From Candidatus Parcubacteria bacterium (GTDB taxonomy: Bacteria > Patescibacteriota > Minisyncoccia > UBA9983), in assembly GCA_003599625.1 (NCBI GenBank), contig QZIU01000008.1:1690-65689 (forward strand): 64,000 nt of DNA, in the 5' to 3' direction. The translations under genes were made by a program, and so were the position numbers. The first letter of the stretch is position 1. Each line of letters begins with the position of its first letter. The notes beneath the pieces are model-generated. The model saw only the letters and a program-made list of their open reading frames with translations. It had not been told where the DNA came from and made no database searches. Shown here in pieces: positions 45,478 to 55,870 of this stretch.

Positions 45478-46646
45478 GAAAGATTAATGTCATAATAAAT
45501 GCAAGGATACCGACGCAGAAAGCGCATGGTATACAGGTTATGAATTTGTGTAAAGAATTTGCAGAAGCCGGTTTTGATGTAACGATGATTATTCCTTTCA
45601 GGTTTAACAAAATCAAGGATGATCCATTTACTTACTACGACATAAAACCGATTTTTAAAATTAAAAAACTTCCTTCTTTGGATGTTATTCCGCTGTCCAC
45701 TTTTTTAGGGAAGTTTGGTTATCTGATACAATCTTTCAGCTTCGCCGCGAGTCTTCTTTTGTATTGCTTATTTTGCACGGAAGGAGACGACTTTTTCTAT
45801 TCCAGGGAAGAAATTTCATTATTCCCATTATTATTTGTTCGTTCAAATGTTTTTTATGAGATGCATGACTATCCCAGCGAACATAAAATTTATAGAATCT
45901 TTTTTAAAAAAATTATGGGTATTGTGGCGACAAACAAATGGAAAAAAGACAATGTGAAAGAGAGATTTAAAATAAATCCTGAGAAAATAATTGTTTATCC
46001 TAATGCGGTAAACATTGGAAGATTTGATATAACCCTCAGCAAAGAGGAGGCCAGGCGAACCTTAGGTATTCCGCCAGAAGATAAAGTTATTTTATACACA
46101 GGGCACTTATATGTATGGAAGGGTGTATATACACTAATGTCGTCAATTAAATATTTGAAGGATCAAACTATAAAGATATATTTCGTAGGTGGGATGGAGT
46201 CAGACAGGAAGAAGTTGTTAGAATTTGCCGAAGCTCAAGATATAGCTTCGGCAAGATTCAGCTTAATTGAGCATCAGCCACATGAAAAAATACCTTTTTT
46301 TCTAAAAGCTGCGGATGTTCTTGTTCTACCCAATACCGCCAAGGAAAAAATATCTCAGTTTTATATGGGCGGTCCCCTGAAACTAATGGAATACATGACC
46401 GCCTCCCGGCCAATCGTTGCCTCTGATTTGACAAGTGTTAGGGAAATAGTGGATGAATCCACTGCTTTGCTATTCAAACCGGATGATCCGGTATCTTTGG
46501 CTAATGCGTTGGATCAAATTACAATTGATGGAAATTTAGCTGAAAAAATAGCCATAAGAAGCAGGGAGAATGTTGAGAAATTTTCCTGGAAAAATCGCAT
46601 AAACGGAATAAAAGAGTTTATGTTGAAAGCAGTAGCTATTCATTAA
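45474..46646 (+). CDS. Glycosyltransferase family 1
   Basis: GT-B C-terminal domain with EGGPLKLMEYMTASRPIVASD. Confidence 0.8.
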   Translation: MRKINVIINARIPTQKAHGIQVMNLCKEFAEAGFDVTMIIPFRFNKIKDDPFTYYDIKPIFKIKKLPSLDVIPLSTFLGKFGYLIQSFSFAASLLLYCLFCTEGDDFFYSREEISLFPLLFVRSNVFYEMHDYPSEHKIYRIFFKKIMGIVATNKWKKDNVKERFKINPEKIIVYPNAVNIGRFDITLSKEEARRTLGIPPEDKVILYTGHLYVWKGVYTLMSSIKYLKDQTIKIYFVGGMESDRKKLLEFAEAQDIASARFSLIEHQPHEKIPFFLKAADVLVLPNTAKEKISQFYMGGPLKLMEYMTASRPIVASDLTSVREIVDESTALLFKPDDPVSLANALDQITIDGNLAEKIAIRSRENVEKFSWKNRINGIKEFMLKAVAIH

Positions 46647-46818
46647 TTTTGAAACAATATTCTCTGTCGGTGGAGCTTTTAAGCAGCTTTAAAATAGCTG
46701 TTATTTCAAACAAAACATTAAATCTTAATTATTGCAATATTGATATTGATCAATTTGTGATGTAATCTCTGGTAAAACATTTTATTTCTTTAACAACTAA
46801 AACAAAGGAGATAACAAT

Positions 46819-47748
46819 ATGAATGGAAAGATAGGAATTGTAGGAGTAGGAGTGGTTGGAGGATATAGAAAAACTTGGTTCGAAAGCGAAGGGTATAAAA
46901 GAGGCCGTTCACTCTTTCTTAGAGATTTCCGGAAAGGGTATTATGACAAGCTGACTGAACCTGATTTGATCTTCATATCAGTTTGTCCGCCGGCTAAAAA
47001 TCCCAGAAAATCAACTTTTCTTTTGGTAAGATCTGTAATAAAAAAACTTCCTTGTAGAAAGGTAATTGTTATTAACTCAACCCTGGGGATAGGTCATACT
47101 CTTAAGCTGCAGAATGAGTTTAAACATCACTCTCTGTTCTTTAATCCAGAATTTATATGGATGCCTGATGGGTTTAAAAATACCATTGAGCCAGAGAGAC
47201 AAATAATCGCGCCAGCCATTAAATCTGAGCAAACAAAAGAAATGGCAATGCAAATCCTGCGACTTTTGCCAAAGGCGATAAAATTTGAATCGCCATCGGA
47301 CGAAGTTTTTTTGTCTTCTACAGAGGCTGAAATAGTGAAATTATTCACTAACTTCTACATTTCTCAGCAAGTTGATTTTTCTAGTCTGCTTTACGAGGTG
47401 TGCCAAGATATGGAAACTTACAGAAAGATTATGGGAACTATGTTACACGATGATAGAATTTCCCCTTCCCACTTAATCAATCCAATTCATGGAGGGTATG
47501 TTGGCTGGGGAGGGCATTGTCTTATAAAAGATGCTTATCAGCTCAAGAATAGCCTGGAAGGCAAGGAGAAGAAGAGGGTAATCGCTTCACTGTCTTACAA
47601 TAAAGCAGTTTTGAAGGGCCAAGGAATAACGGAAAGCGAAGCGGCTCTTAAAAAAACTTCCAGACATAATGGAATAAAGCAGAAAGGAGGAATAAACAGT
47701 GAACAAGAAAGTGATTTTCGTAACAACTCCAGTCTTGGAGTTGGATGA
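46819..47748 (+). CDS. Hypothetical Rossmann-fold protein (possible truncated nucleotide-sugar dehydrogenase-like)
   Basis: GIVGVGVVGG dinucleotide-binding motif. Preceded by AAGGAG RBS. Confidence 0.35.
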   Translation: MNGKIGIVGVGVVGGYRKTWFESEGYKRGRSLFLRDFRKGYYDKLTEPDLIFISVCPPAKNPRKSTFLLVRSVIKKLPCRKVIVINSTLGIGHTLKLQNEFKHHSLFFNPEFIWMPDGFKNTIEPERQIIAPAIKSEQTKEMAMQILRLLPKAIKFESPSDEVFLSSTEAEIVKLFTNFYISQQVDFSSLLYEVCQDMETYRKIMGTMLHDDRISPSHLINPIHGGYVGWGGHCLIKDAYQLKNSLEGKEKKRVIASLSYNKAVLKGQGITESEAALKKTSRHNGIKQKGGINSEQESDFRNNSSLGVG

Positions 47749-48982
47749 TGATTGTCTTGAGCCGCCGTTGGGGATTCTTTACATGGCCACTATTTTAAGG
47801 CAAAGGGGCATTGAATGTTCCGTATGCGATTTATCCGGGCTGGGAGATGACAAAACTAAATGGCAGGCTGATTTAGAATTCGGAGAGATATATGCTTTTT
47901 CCACTTATTCTGTAACATACAGACGGACACTGGAAGTAAAAAAATTAATCCAAGAAAGAATTAATCCTGACGCGATTTTTATAGGAGGCGGCCATCATGT
48001 TACAGCGATGCCCGGCGATTGTATCAATGACTTTGATATTATAATCACCGGAGAAGCGGAAAAAACTTTTCCCGAGGTTGTAAGCAAAATTTTATCAGGA
48101 ACGGTTGTGAAGGGGGTTATTAAAGGCCAACCTGTAACGGAATTGGACACGATTCCTTTTCCGGATTTTAATTTAGTTGATCTCGGAAGGTATCACCGCA
48201 TAGTCGAAGGTAAGCCAAGTTTAAGCCTTGTATCCAGCAGAGGCTGTCCTTTTAAATGCGCGTTTTGCAATAGTAGAATATCAGACAGGGGAAGTTTAAG
48301 ATTTCGTTCCGCCGATAATGTTGTCACTGAGATATGCGAGCTGATTAAGAGTTATGGCATAAGACATTATCGCTTCAATGATGATTTGTTTACTTTTTCA
48401 AAAAAACGAGTATTTGAAATAGCAGAACTTCTTATCAAAAAGGCTGATATTATCTACAGAGTATTTGCCCAGGCAAGAACACTGACACCGGACATATGCA
48501 ATATTCTCTATGAGAGCGGATGCAGGCATGTTTCAATTGGTATTGAAAGCATGTCTGACAGGATGTTAAAGCTTTTGGAGAAAGGCAACACTGCCGAACA
48601 AAATTCGACAGCCCTTGATAATTGTAAAAAAGCCGGTCTTAAAGTAAGAATCTATCTTATGGTCGGCTTTCCTGGCGAAACGGAGGAAACGGTAAAAGAA
48701 TCATTGGAAAAACTAAAACAATGTCATTTTGATGAATTTGTCGTCTATTCTTTTATTCCGTATCCAGGCACTCCTGTCTGGCATAATCCCGCAAAATGGG
48801 GAATAAAAAATATGGATAAAGATTTTACCAAATATGTTCAGGTGGGAAAAAGAAGAAGTACCTGTTTTGTAGTTGAAACCAAAGATTTCACCTCGGCTGA
48901 CGTAGAAAGATGGCGAAGGGCAATGATAGATGAGTTGGAAAGAAGATTCTGTTGGGCGGGACAATCTCCTGACAATAAATGA
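47699..48982 (+). CDS. B12-binding radical SAM enzyme
   Basis: SRGCPFKCAFCNS motif with an N-terminal B12-like domain. Confidence 0.85.
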   Translation: MNKKVIFVTTPVLELDDDCLEPPLGILYMATILRQRGIECSVCDLSGLGDDKTKWQADLEFGEIYAFSTYSVTYRRTLEVKKLIQERINPDAIFIGGGHHVTAMPGDCINDFDIIITGEAEKTFPEVVSKILSGTVVKGVIKGQPVTELDTIPFPDFNLVDLGRYHRIVEGKPSLSLVSSRGCPFKCAFCNSRISDRGSLRFRSADNVVTEICELIKSYGIRHYRFNDDLFTFSKKRVFEIAELLIKKADIIYRVFAQARTLTPDICNILYESGCRHVSIGIESMSDRMLKLLEKGNTAEQNSTALDNCKKAGLKVRIYLMVGFPGETEETVKESLEKLKQCHFDEFVVYSFIPYPGTPVWHNPAKWGIKNMDKDFTKYVQVGKRRSTCFVVETKDFTSADVERWRRAMIDELERRFCWAGQSPDNK

Positions 48983-50415
48983 AATTTACTAAAAAGGGGC
49001 GACAAATCGCCCCTTTATTTTTTTGCGATTCCGTGTTACTTTATGGGAAAGAAATGGTTTCTGAAGGTCAATTTAGCGGAAGGGTAATAAAAGACAGCGC
49101 CATTGTAAGCATGGGGGCTTTTGCCACTAAACTGATCGGTTTTGGTTCGACTGTTATTGTTCTATATGTTCTCAGTCTAAGCGAATATGGTCTTTACAAA
49201 TTGGTTTTTGCGGCTTTTGGTATATTCGGAACATTCCTTTTCTCCGGACTTGATCAGATAATTCTTTCAGACTCTGCCAATGACTGGAGAGAGCAAAATA
49301 GAGGCAGAATTAAAAAGAGGTTTCTGGAATTTCTAGTCATGAAAATGGTTCTCGGAATAGTCCTTTGGTCTGTTGTTTTTTTGGGCTCAGAAGTTATAGA
49401 AAAATATTATGGGGAAAGTATCTCCAGTTTGCTCAAGATAATTTCCTTTCTTTATTTGTTGAATCCTTTAAAAGGAGTCCTGCTTTTTTGGTTTAATTTA
49501 AACATGAATTTCGTTTTTCTTTCCATTGCCTCAGCAATGGAGGAGGCGATGAAATTAATCTTCGTGGTAACGGGTTTTTTTGTTTTTGGAATGGGTGTTG
49601 AGGGGGTTATCCTTTCGCATGTGGCCGCAAGTTTTTTCGTTGTTGTTTTTCTTTTTTCTTTTGGGGGCGCCAGTATTATATCTCTCATTAAAGAAAAAGC
49701 AGAAAAAGGTTTCATTCTGCTTGACACATTAAAAAGTCATGGCAAATGGGGCATTCTGACAAATTACAACATAGATCTGCAAAGAAATATTCACCCTTGG
49801 TTTATAAAGTATTTTATCGGAACGGAAGCGGTGGCAATTGTGAGTATTGCCGAAAGCGCCGTTGGTCATATTACTTCTCTCTTTCCAATGGCCAAAATTT
49901 TAATGCCCGTTGTCCCCAGGGAGATTGGAGATAAAGAAAGAATCAAAAGAATTTTCTTCAGGGGGATAAAGTATGGAACTATGTCTTTTGCCGCTATGGG
50001 CATGATTTCTTTTTTTGCCATGCCTTATCTTATCGAAGTTGCCTTGCCCAAATACATCCCTTCTATCCCTGTTTTTCGTGTAATAATCATAAGTGTAGTC
50101 TTTACTGCCATGGCTAATATTTTGACCGGCTTTTTTTACGCATTAAAAATGCAGAAAGAATTTTTTTGGGCCTCGCTTGTGAGGTTTCCCGCAATGGTCT
50201 TCCTATCAGTCTTACTGTTTCCCTTTGTGGGAATTTTGGGCGTTGGAATTGAAGTTGTTGCCGTCTCGGCAATTTTTATAGGCGTTAGGTATTATTTTAT
50301 CGTAAAAAGAATTCCCGGCCTGTCTCTTGATTTAAACCAACTTTTTAAATTTGACAGTTACGATAAGGCTTTACTGGCAAGGTCCTGGAGCTTTTTTAAA
50401 AGTAAAGTTTTTTAA
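48979..50415 (+). CDS. Polytopic membrane protein, Wzx/MOP-type oligosaccharide flippase candidate
   Basis: ~12 predicted TM helices. ATGA overlap with the upstream gene. Confidence 0.5.
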   Translation: MKFTKKGRQIAPLFFCDSVLLYGKEMVSEGQFSGRVIKDSAIVSMGAFATKLIGFGSTVIVLYVLSLSEYGLYKLVFAAFGIFGTFLFSGLDQIILSDSANDWREQNRGRIKKRFLEFLVMKMVLGIVLWSVVFLGSEVIEKYYGESISSLLKIISFLYLLNPLKGVLLFWFNLNMNFVFLSIASAMEEAMKLIFVVTGFFVFGMGVEGVILSHVAASFFVVVFLFSFGGASIISLIKEKAEKGFILLDTLKSHGKWGILTNYNIDLQRNIHPWFIKYFIGTEAVAIVSIAESAVGHITSLFPMAKILMPVVPREIGDKERIKRIFFRGIKYGTMSFAAMGMISFFAMPYLIEVALPKYIPSIPVFRVIIISVVFTAMANILTGFFYALKMQKEFFWASLVRFPAMVFLSVLLFPFVGILGVGIEVVAVSAIFIGVRYYFIVKRIPGLSLDLNQLFKFDSYDKALLARSWSFFKSKVF

Positions 50416-51786
50416 ATGAAAAATCTGATTATAAATATTGCCGACAGTAATATAGCAAAAAATATTCTAAGAACAGGCGTATTGAATGAACTTAAAAAAA
50501 GTAAATTAAGACTTGTATTGCTGGTTCCGGCTTCCAAAAAAAGTAATTACCACGAAGAGTTTTCGGATGAAAACGTGATTGTAGACGCATGGCCTGACGT
50601 ATTGCCGTCAAAAATAGAACGCCTTTGTTTGTTTGCCGCAAAAAATAGCATCCCGACTCATGCCGTCAGGCAAATTCAGGAGGTTGGTTTTGATGGCCGA
50701 ACCATGAGGATGATCCCCTATGTTTTGGCCAGATTGTTTTGGGTTGTAGGTCACTTGCCCTTTTGGAGATCCATATTAGCGTTTATCGCCAGTCGCTTTT
50801 TTCAGGATCGTCTTTTTCAGGAGATATTTGATAGATACAAACCGGATATGGTATTTACGCACACCATTTATTCTACCAATGATCTAAGGCTCTTAAAGGG
50901 CGCAAAACGCAGCGGGGTAAGCTCAATCGGGATGATAAAGAGCTGGGATAATCTGACTAGCAAAGATCCTCTGCTTATCAAGCCGGATTGGCTTATAGTT
51001 CACAACGAAATAATCAAAAAAGAAGCAATAAAGTTTGGAAATTACCCAGAGGAGAAGATTTTTATTTCCGGGATTCCTCAGTTTGATTTCTACGCGGATA
51101 AGAATTTTTTGAAGCCTAGAGAAGAGTTTTTTTCTGAATTAGGCCTTGATCCCCAAAGAAAGCTCGTAACCTTTTTTGCGGTAGGGTCATGTCTTATGAT
51201 TCATGAAAAAGAAATGATAGAACTTATCGCAGAAATTATAAATAGCGGCGAGCTGAACCGTCCTTGTCAGCTTTTAGTCCGTCTGCACCCCGCCTTTACC
51301 AGTGATGAAGAAAAACTCAAGAGTCTGCAGAATGTGAGGATAGACCGCCCCGGTAAGATTGTTTCAAGTACCAAAGTCGCCCTTCGCGACGGTTGGGAAT
51401 TTGATTTTGAAGAAACAAAAAGGCTGGCCAATACTCTTAATTGGAGCGATGTGTCTATGAATTGCGGCTCGACCACTTTGGTTGAAGCCGCAATTTATGA
51501 TACGCCCGTAATAATGACAGGATTCGACGCTATAAAAGAAAAAAATTATTGGCGTTCGGCTGAAAGATTGCCCAAAAGAGAGCATATGTTGCCTGTTTTG
51601 TGCAGCGGAGGAACCCGTCTTGTTAAAAACAAATCGGAAATGGTAAAATGGTTAAACAATTATCTGGGAAATAAAAATCTTGATAAAGAGGGGAGGCAGA
51701 GGTTAGTAAATGAACAATGTTATAAGCAAGACGGCAGATCTGGGGAAAGAATTTGCTCATTTATCTTAAGTAAAATAAAATTATGA
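50416..51786 (+). CDS. Hypothetical protein, possibly CDP-glycerol glycerophosphotransferase (TagB/TagF)-like
   Basis: Weak resemblance to the GT-B-like TagF C-terminal region (RLHP...NCGSTTLVEAAIYDTPVIM). Confidence 0.3.
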   Translation: MKNLIINIADSNIAKNILRTGVLNELKKSKLRLVLLVPASKKSNYHEEFSDENVIVDAWPDVLPSKIERLCLFAAKNSIPTHAVRQIQEVGFDGRTMRMIPYVLARLFWVVGHLPFWRSILAFIASRFFQDRLFQEIFDRYKPDMVFTHTIYSTNDLRLLKGAKRSGVSSIGMIKSWDNLTSKDPLLIKPDWLIVHNEIIKKEAIKFGNYPEEKIFISGIPQFDFYADKNFLKPREEFFSELGLDPQRKLVTFFAVGSCLMIHEKEMIELIAEIINSGELNRPCQLLVRLHPAFTSDEEKLKSLQNVRIDRPGKIVSSTKVALRDGWEFDFEETKRLANTLNWSDVSMNCGSTTLVEAAIYDTPVIMTGFDAIKEKNYWRSAERLPKREHMLPVLCSGGTRLVKNKSEMVKWLNNYLGNKNLDKEGRQRLVNEQCYKQDGRSGERICSFILSKIKL

Positions 51787-53621
51787 AATCAACAAAAAAT
51801 TTAAATATTTTAGGGCTAAAAATTAAAGGACATAATACCGGCGCGTCTCTTATATATGGAGATAAAATTATGGCCATATCAGAAGAGCGTCTTGATAGAA
51901 TTAAGAATTCTCCGAATGTTTTTCCTTCTCTTTCTATAGAGTATTGCCTAAAAGGAGCAAATCTTTCCGCGGAAGATATTGATCTTGTCGTTATTGATCA
52001 GATTGACCGCAAAAATGTTTATGACATGGAAAATATTTTTACAGCTTTCTATGGCGATAAGTTTAAAAATTCAAAAATAAAAATAATAAATCATCATCTT
52101 GCTCACGCCGCTTCTGCTTTTTTTGCCTCCCCGTTTGATGAGGCCGCTATTATGGTAATAGACGGGTCTGGTGAAAAAATCAGCACTCATCTTGGCACCG
52201 ATGTTATGGAGACTGATACTTATTACAGAGGTATCGGCAATGAAATATGCGAGATACAAAAAACTGCGCACAAAAGAGACGGAAGTAATTTCCCCCTGAC
52301 CTTCGGTGTAGGCAAGCTGTACTCATTTTTGACAGAAACATATATAGATCTTGGTAGATATAATGAAGGTAAAATGATGGGACTTGCTTCTTATGGCAAA
52401 GGACTCCTGAAAGAAAAATTTCCTTTGGATTTATGGTATAAAGAGACAAGTGGAGGGCATTTTTTATGCAATGCAAAAATATTGTATCCAAAAATATCGA
52501 CACTAAATAAGATCAATAAAATTATTACCAACCCCGGGAAAATCCTGGTTTCGGGCAGAGTCTACCTAAAAGGCAAAATTAACAAACTCAAGAGGGGCAC
52601 CTTTTTCAGTCAATTCAAACAAAAAACAGAAAATGGAAAGATTTTTTTGCCAATTAATTTACAAAAACCTCCCAGGAGCAAAGAATATAAATTACCGGAT
52701 GATTATTATACCGAAATGGCATGGATAGGTCAAAAAGTTCTTGAGGAAATTTTTATAAAAGCGTCAAGAAGGCTTAATTTTATAACCGGTTCTGAAAATT
52801 TATGTCTTGCCGGAGGTGTTGCCTTAAACGGAGTTAGTAACAATAAGATACTAGAAGATGGAAAATTTAAAAAATTATTTATACAACCTGCTTCTTCTGA
52901 TACGGGGATTCCATTGGGATGCGCTTTATGGGGGTACCATTGTTTTTACAAAAAAGAGGGAAGACCTTTTGCAATGGGGCATGCTCATCTTGGTAAAAAA
53001 TATGCCGATAAAGAAATATTCGAATTAATTAAAAAAACCGCGGGAATTAATTTTTATAGATCAGAAGATATTGCAAAAGAAACCGCCAGACTGATTGATG
53101 GCGGAAATGTTGTTGGATGGTTTTTTAATTCTTCAGAATATGGACCGAGAGCGCTTGGCGCCCGGTCCATATTAGGCGATCCAAGAAACCCGCGCATGAA
53201 GGATATTTTAAACGCAAAAGTTAAACACAGAGAGTGGTGGCGGCCTTTTGCAGCCTCGGTTTTAGAAGATAAGGCTTCTGATTATTTTGAAATAAAGCAT
53301 GAAAGTCCGTTCATGTTATTTGTTCCTAAAATTAAAAAAGACAAACTTCCGCTTATCCCTTCTCTTGTTCATGTAGATGAAACTTGTAGAATTCAAACAG
53401 TCTCAGCGGAGCATAATGGATTATATTACAATTTAATTAATGAATTTTATAATCTGACTGGCGTTCCGCTGCTAATCAATACATCGTTTAACGACGCGGG
53501 AGAGCCGATAATAGAAACTCCCAATGACGCCATGAGGTGTTTTTTAGGAACAGAAATGGATTATCTTATTTTTGCTGAAAATGATGGTATCGGAGGGTAT
53601 GTTGTCAAGAAAAACGAATAA
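51783..53621 (+). CDS. NodU/CmcH-family carbamoyltransferase
   Basis: N-terminal Kae1/HypF-like ASKHxxY domain (KGHNTGASLIYGDKIMAISEERL) and a C-terminal carbamoyltransferase domain. Confidence 0.8.
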   Translation: MKSTKNLNILGLKIKGHNTGASLIYGDKIMAISEERLDRIKNSPNVFPSLSIEYCLKGANLSAEDIDLVVIDQIDRKNVYDMENIFTAFYGDKFKNSKIKIINHHLAHAASAFFASPFDEAAIMVIDGSGEKISTHLGTDVMETDTYYRGIGNEICEIQKTAHKRDGSNFPLTFGVGKLYSFLTETYIDLGRYNEGKMMGLASYGKGLLKEKFPLDLWYKETSGGHFLCNAKILYPKISTLNKINKIITNPGKILVSGRVYLKGKINKLKRGTFFSQFKQKTENGKIFLPINLQKPPRSKEYKLPDDYYTEMAWIGQKVLEEIFIKASRRLNFITGSENLCLAGGVALNGVSNNKILEDGKFKKLFIQPASSDTGIPLGCALWGYHCFYKKEGRPFAMGHAHLGKKYADKEIFELIKKTAGINFYRSEDIAKETARLIDGGNVVGWFFNSSEYGPRALGARSILGDPRNPRMKDILNAKVKHREWWRPFAASVLEDKASDYFEIKHESPFMLFVPKIKKDKLPLIPSLVHVDETCRIQTVSAEHNGLYYNLINEFYNLTGVPLLINTSFNDAGEPIIETPNDAMRCFLGTEMDYLIFAENDGIGGYVVKKNE

Positions 53622-53665
53622 TTAAGATTAAGTAATCGATATCGCAGCTTTTCTTTTTAAGTCTA

Positions 53666-54682
53666 TTGAATCCTAAATTTTCTATTATAATACCGCTTTA
53701 TAACAGCTCCTTGACCATAAAGGACTGTTTAGATGCTGTTCTGAATCTTGATTATAGCAAGGAAGATTATGATGTTACTGTGGTTGACGATGCTTCGACC
53801 GACAATTCTGCTGAAATAGCCTCCGGTTTTCCTTTCAGATTGATAAAATCAGGCAGTAATAATGGTCCCGCTGCGGCTAGAAATATCGGCGCCAAACAGG
53901 CCAAAGGAGACTTTCTGTTCTTTCTTGACGCTGATGTGGTTCTACCGAAAAATTGTTTGAAATTGGCTGAAGATTGCCTAAAGGAAAAAAACAGAAAAGT
54001 TTTTTTTGCCTCTTTTTCGCGGCAGATGCGATATCAAAACGCAAGCAGTCAGTATAAGAATCTTTATCTGTGTTATTATTATCTTAAACAAAAAGAAAGG
54101 ACTCATACTTTGGATACGTCTTTTGCTTTTGTTTCGAGAGACTTATTTGAAGAAGTTAAGGGATTTGACGTTATGCCGAAAAAATTCGGGGAAGATATTG
54201 ACCTGGGTATGAGGTTGACAAAGATGGGCCATCATATAGAAATAAACAAAGAAATAGAGGCTGAGCACTTAAAAAAGTATAATTTTAAAAAATTAATGAA
54301 GACCGATTATCGCAGGGGGAAGGAAATATCCCGCCTTTTTTTAAAAAACTTTTTTAAAAAAGAAAAAAAAGAAAAAAGTTTTTTTTCCATGAGACCATTA
54401 AATATTTATTTTAATATGCCGATTTCTTTTCTTATTTCGGCCTTAGCGATAGCAACAATTATCTCATATAAAATTTTTATTTTTCCTTTGGTTCTTGTTA
54501 TTTCCTTTTTTGTGGGGATAAATTGTGGCTTTTGGTTCTATTTGTTTAAAGCGAACGGCTTCTTTTTTCTGCTTAAGGCGCTTTTTATAACTTTTGCTGA
54601 TTCATTGGCAATGGGATTAGGCACGGCAGTTTCTCTCTTTGCTGTTTTAAAAGAAAAAGTTATAGTTAAAAGATATGAATGA
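53666..54682 (+). CDS. Glycosyltransferase family 2
   Basis: FSIIIPLYNS...VVDDASTDNS, DAD, C-terminal TM helices. Confidence 0.8.
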   Translation: MNPKFSIIIPLYNSSLTIKDCLDAVLNLDYSKEDYDVTVVDDASTDNSAEIASGFPFRLIKSGSNNGPAAARNIGAKQAKGDFLFFLDADVVLPKNCLKLAEDCLKEKNRKVFFASFSRQMRYQNASSQYKNLYLCYYYLKQKERTHTLDTSFAFVSRDLFEEVKGFDVMPKKFGEDIDLGMRLTKMGHHIEINKEIEAEHLKKYNFKKLMKTDYRRGKEISRLFLKNFFKKEKKEKSFFSMRPLNIYFNMPISFLISALAIATIISYKIFIFPLVLVISFFVGINCGFWFYLFKANGFFFLLKALFITFADSLAMGLGTAVSLFAVLKEKVIVKRYE

Positions 54683-55772
54683 ATATAAGTTTAACAATCT
54701 TGTCGGGTACATAAGGGGATTGAAATATTTGCGGAGAGCCGTGCTAAAAAAGAGTGGGACGCCGCTTTACTTGATTTTTTTCATAACGAGCAAATGCAAT
54801 TTGCGTTGTAAACATTGTTTTTATTGGAAAGAACTAAATAAAGAGGAAAAATTCCTGAGCCTTGAAGAAATTCAGAAAATATCATTAAGCATGGAAGATT
54901 TGCCTTACTTGCGTTTAACCGGCGGCGAACCAAGTTTAAGGCCAGACTTTCCTCAAATTGCCGAAATATTCTACAAAAATAACAACCTGATAAATTTAGG
55001 GATAAACACTAATGGTTTTTTTACAGAAAAAATAATTGCAGGAGTCCAACAAATATTGGAGAAATGCCCAGATCTTAACGTTGATGTTTGTGTAAGCCTG
55101 GATGATACCCGAAAAGGTCATGATAATAATAGAGGCGTGGCTGGGACATATGATAATGCCGTCAATACTTTGCTTAAACTTAATAAATTAAGAGAAATTT
55201 ATCCCAAAATGAAGACGGTAATCGGATTGGACTTAAACAAAAGCAACCAAGACCGTTTGGCCTTAATCTTTGAGGAAATAAAGGCTCTGGATGTAAGTTA
55301 TATTTGCGACACGGTAGTCCGGGGGGATCCCAAAGAACCAGCCATCAAAGATGTTAAGATGAGTAATTATAAAACGCTCAATGATTTAGTGGGTTCTTAC
55401 AATATAAAAAGACAACACCACGCCTACTTTAATATAAACGCTAAGGATAAGATGGTCGAAGAAGCGGTTTTAAAAGCCAGAGTGGAAAATAAATGGTGGG
55501 GTTTTAATTGCACGGCGGGTGTAAACGCCGGAGTAATTTACGCGGATGGCGCTGTTTTCCCATGCGAGGGGAGGAATGAAAAAATAGGCAACATAAGAGA
55601 TTATAATTATGATTTTAAAGAACTTTGGAACTCCGAAGAAAATCAAAAAATAAGGGAAACGATCAAAAAAGGCAGGTGTCATTGCACCCATGAAAACTTC
55701 ATAACAGCCAGTATTTTTTCAAGTCCTTACGCTTTAATAAAACTTTTGTTTAAGGCTTTTAGAGACAATTAA
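54675..55772 (+). CDS. Radical SAM enzyme with C-terminal SPASM/twitch-like Cys cluster
   Basis: SKCNLRCKHCFY radical SAM motif plus a C-terminal cysteine cluster CTAG...CEG...CHCTH. Confidence 0.75.
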   Translation: MNEYKFNNLVGYIRGLKYLRRAVLKKSGTPLYLIFFITSKCNLRCKHCFYWKELNKEEKFLSLEEIQKISLSMEDLPYLRLTGGEPSLRPDFPQIAEIFYKNNNLINLGINTNGFFTEKIIAGVQQILEKCPDLNVDVCVSLDDTRKGHDNNRGVAGTYDNAVNTLLKLNKLREIYPKMKTVIGLDLNKSNQDRLALIFEEIKALDVSYICDTVVRGDPKEPAIKDVKMSNYKTLNDLVGSYNIKRQHHAYFNINAKDKMVEEAVLKARVENKWWGFNCTAGVNAGVIYADGAVFPCEGRNEKIGNIRDYNYDFKELWNSEENQKIRETIKKGRCHCTHENFITASIFSSPYALIKLLFKAFRDN

Positions 55773-55870
55773 TCAAGTCCTGCGTATTGCTGGACAATCA
55801 TCGCTAATAATGCTAGAAAAGTCTAAGTAAGTGATTGACCTTTTAAAATTTAATAGGAGGAATTGATAGA

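Noticed and set aside
46819-47748. Calling this ORF a UDP-glucose/GDP-mannose dehydrogenase
   Set aside because: Only a Rossmann GxGxxG motif is recognisable. The catalytic Cys region and the C-terminal domain of that family are not evident, so it was left as a hypothetical Rossmann-fold protein.
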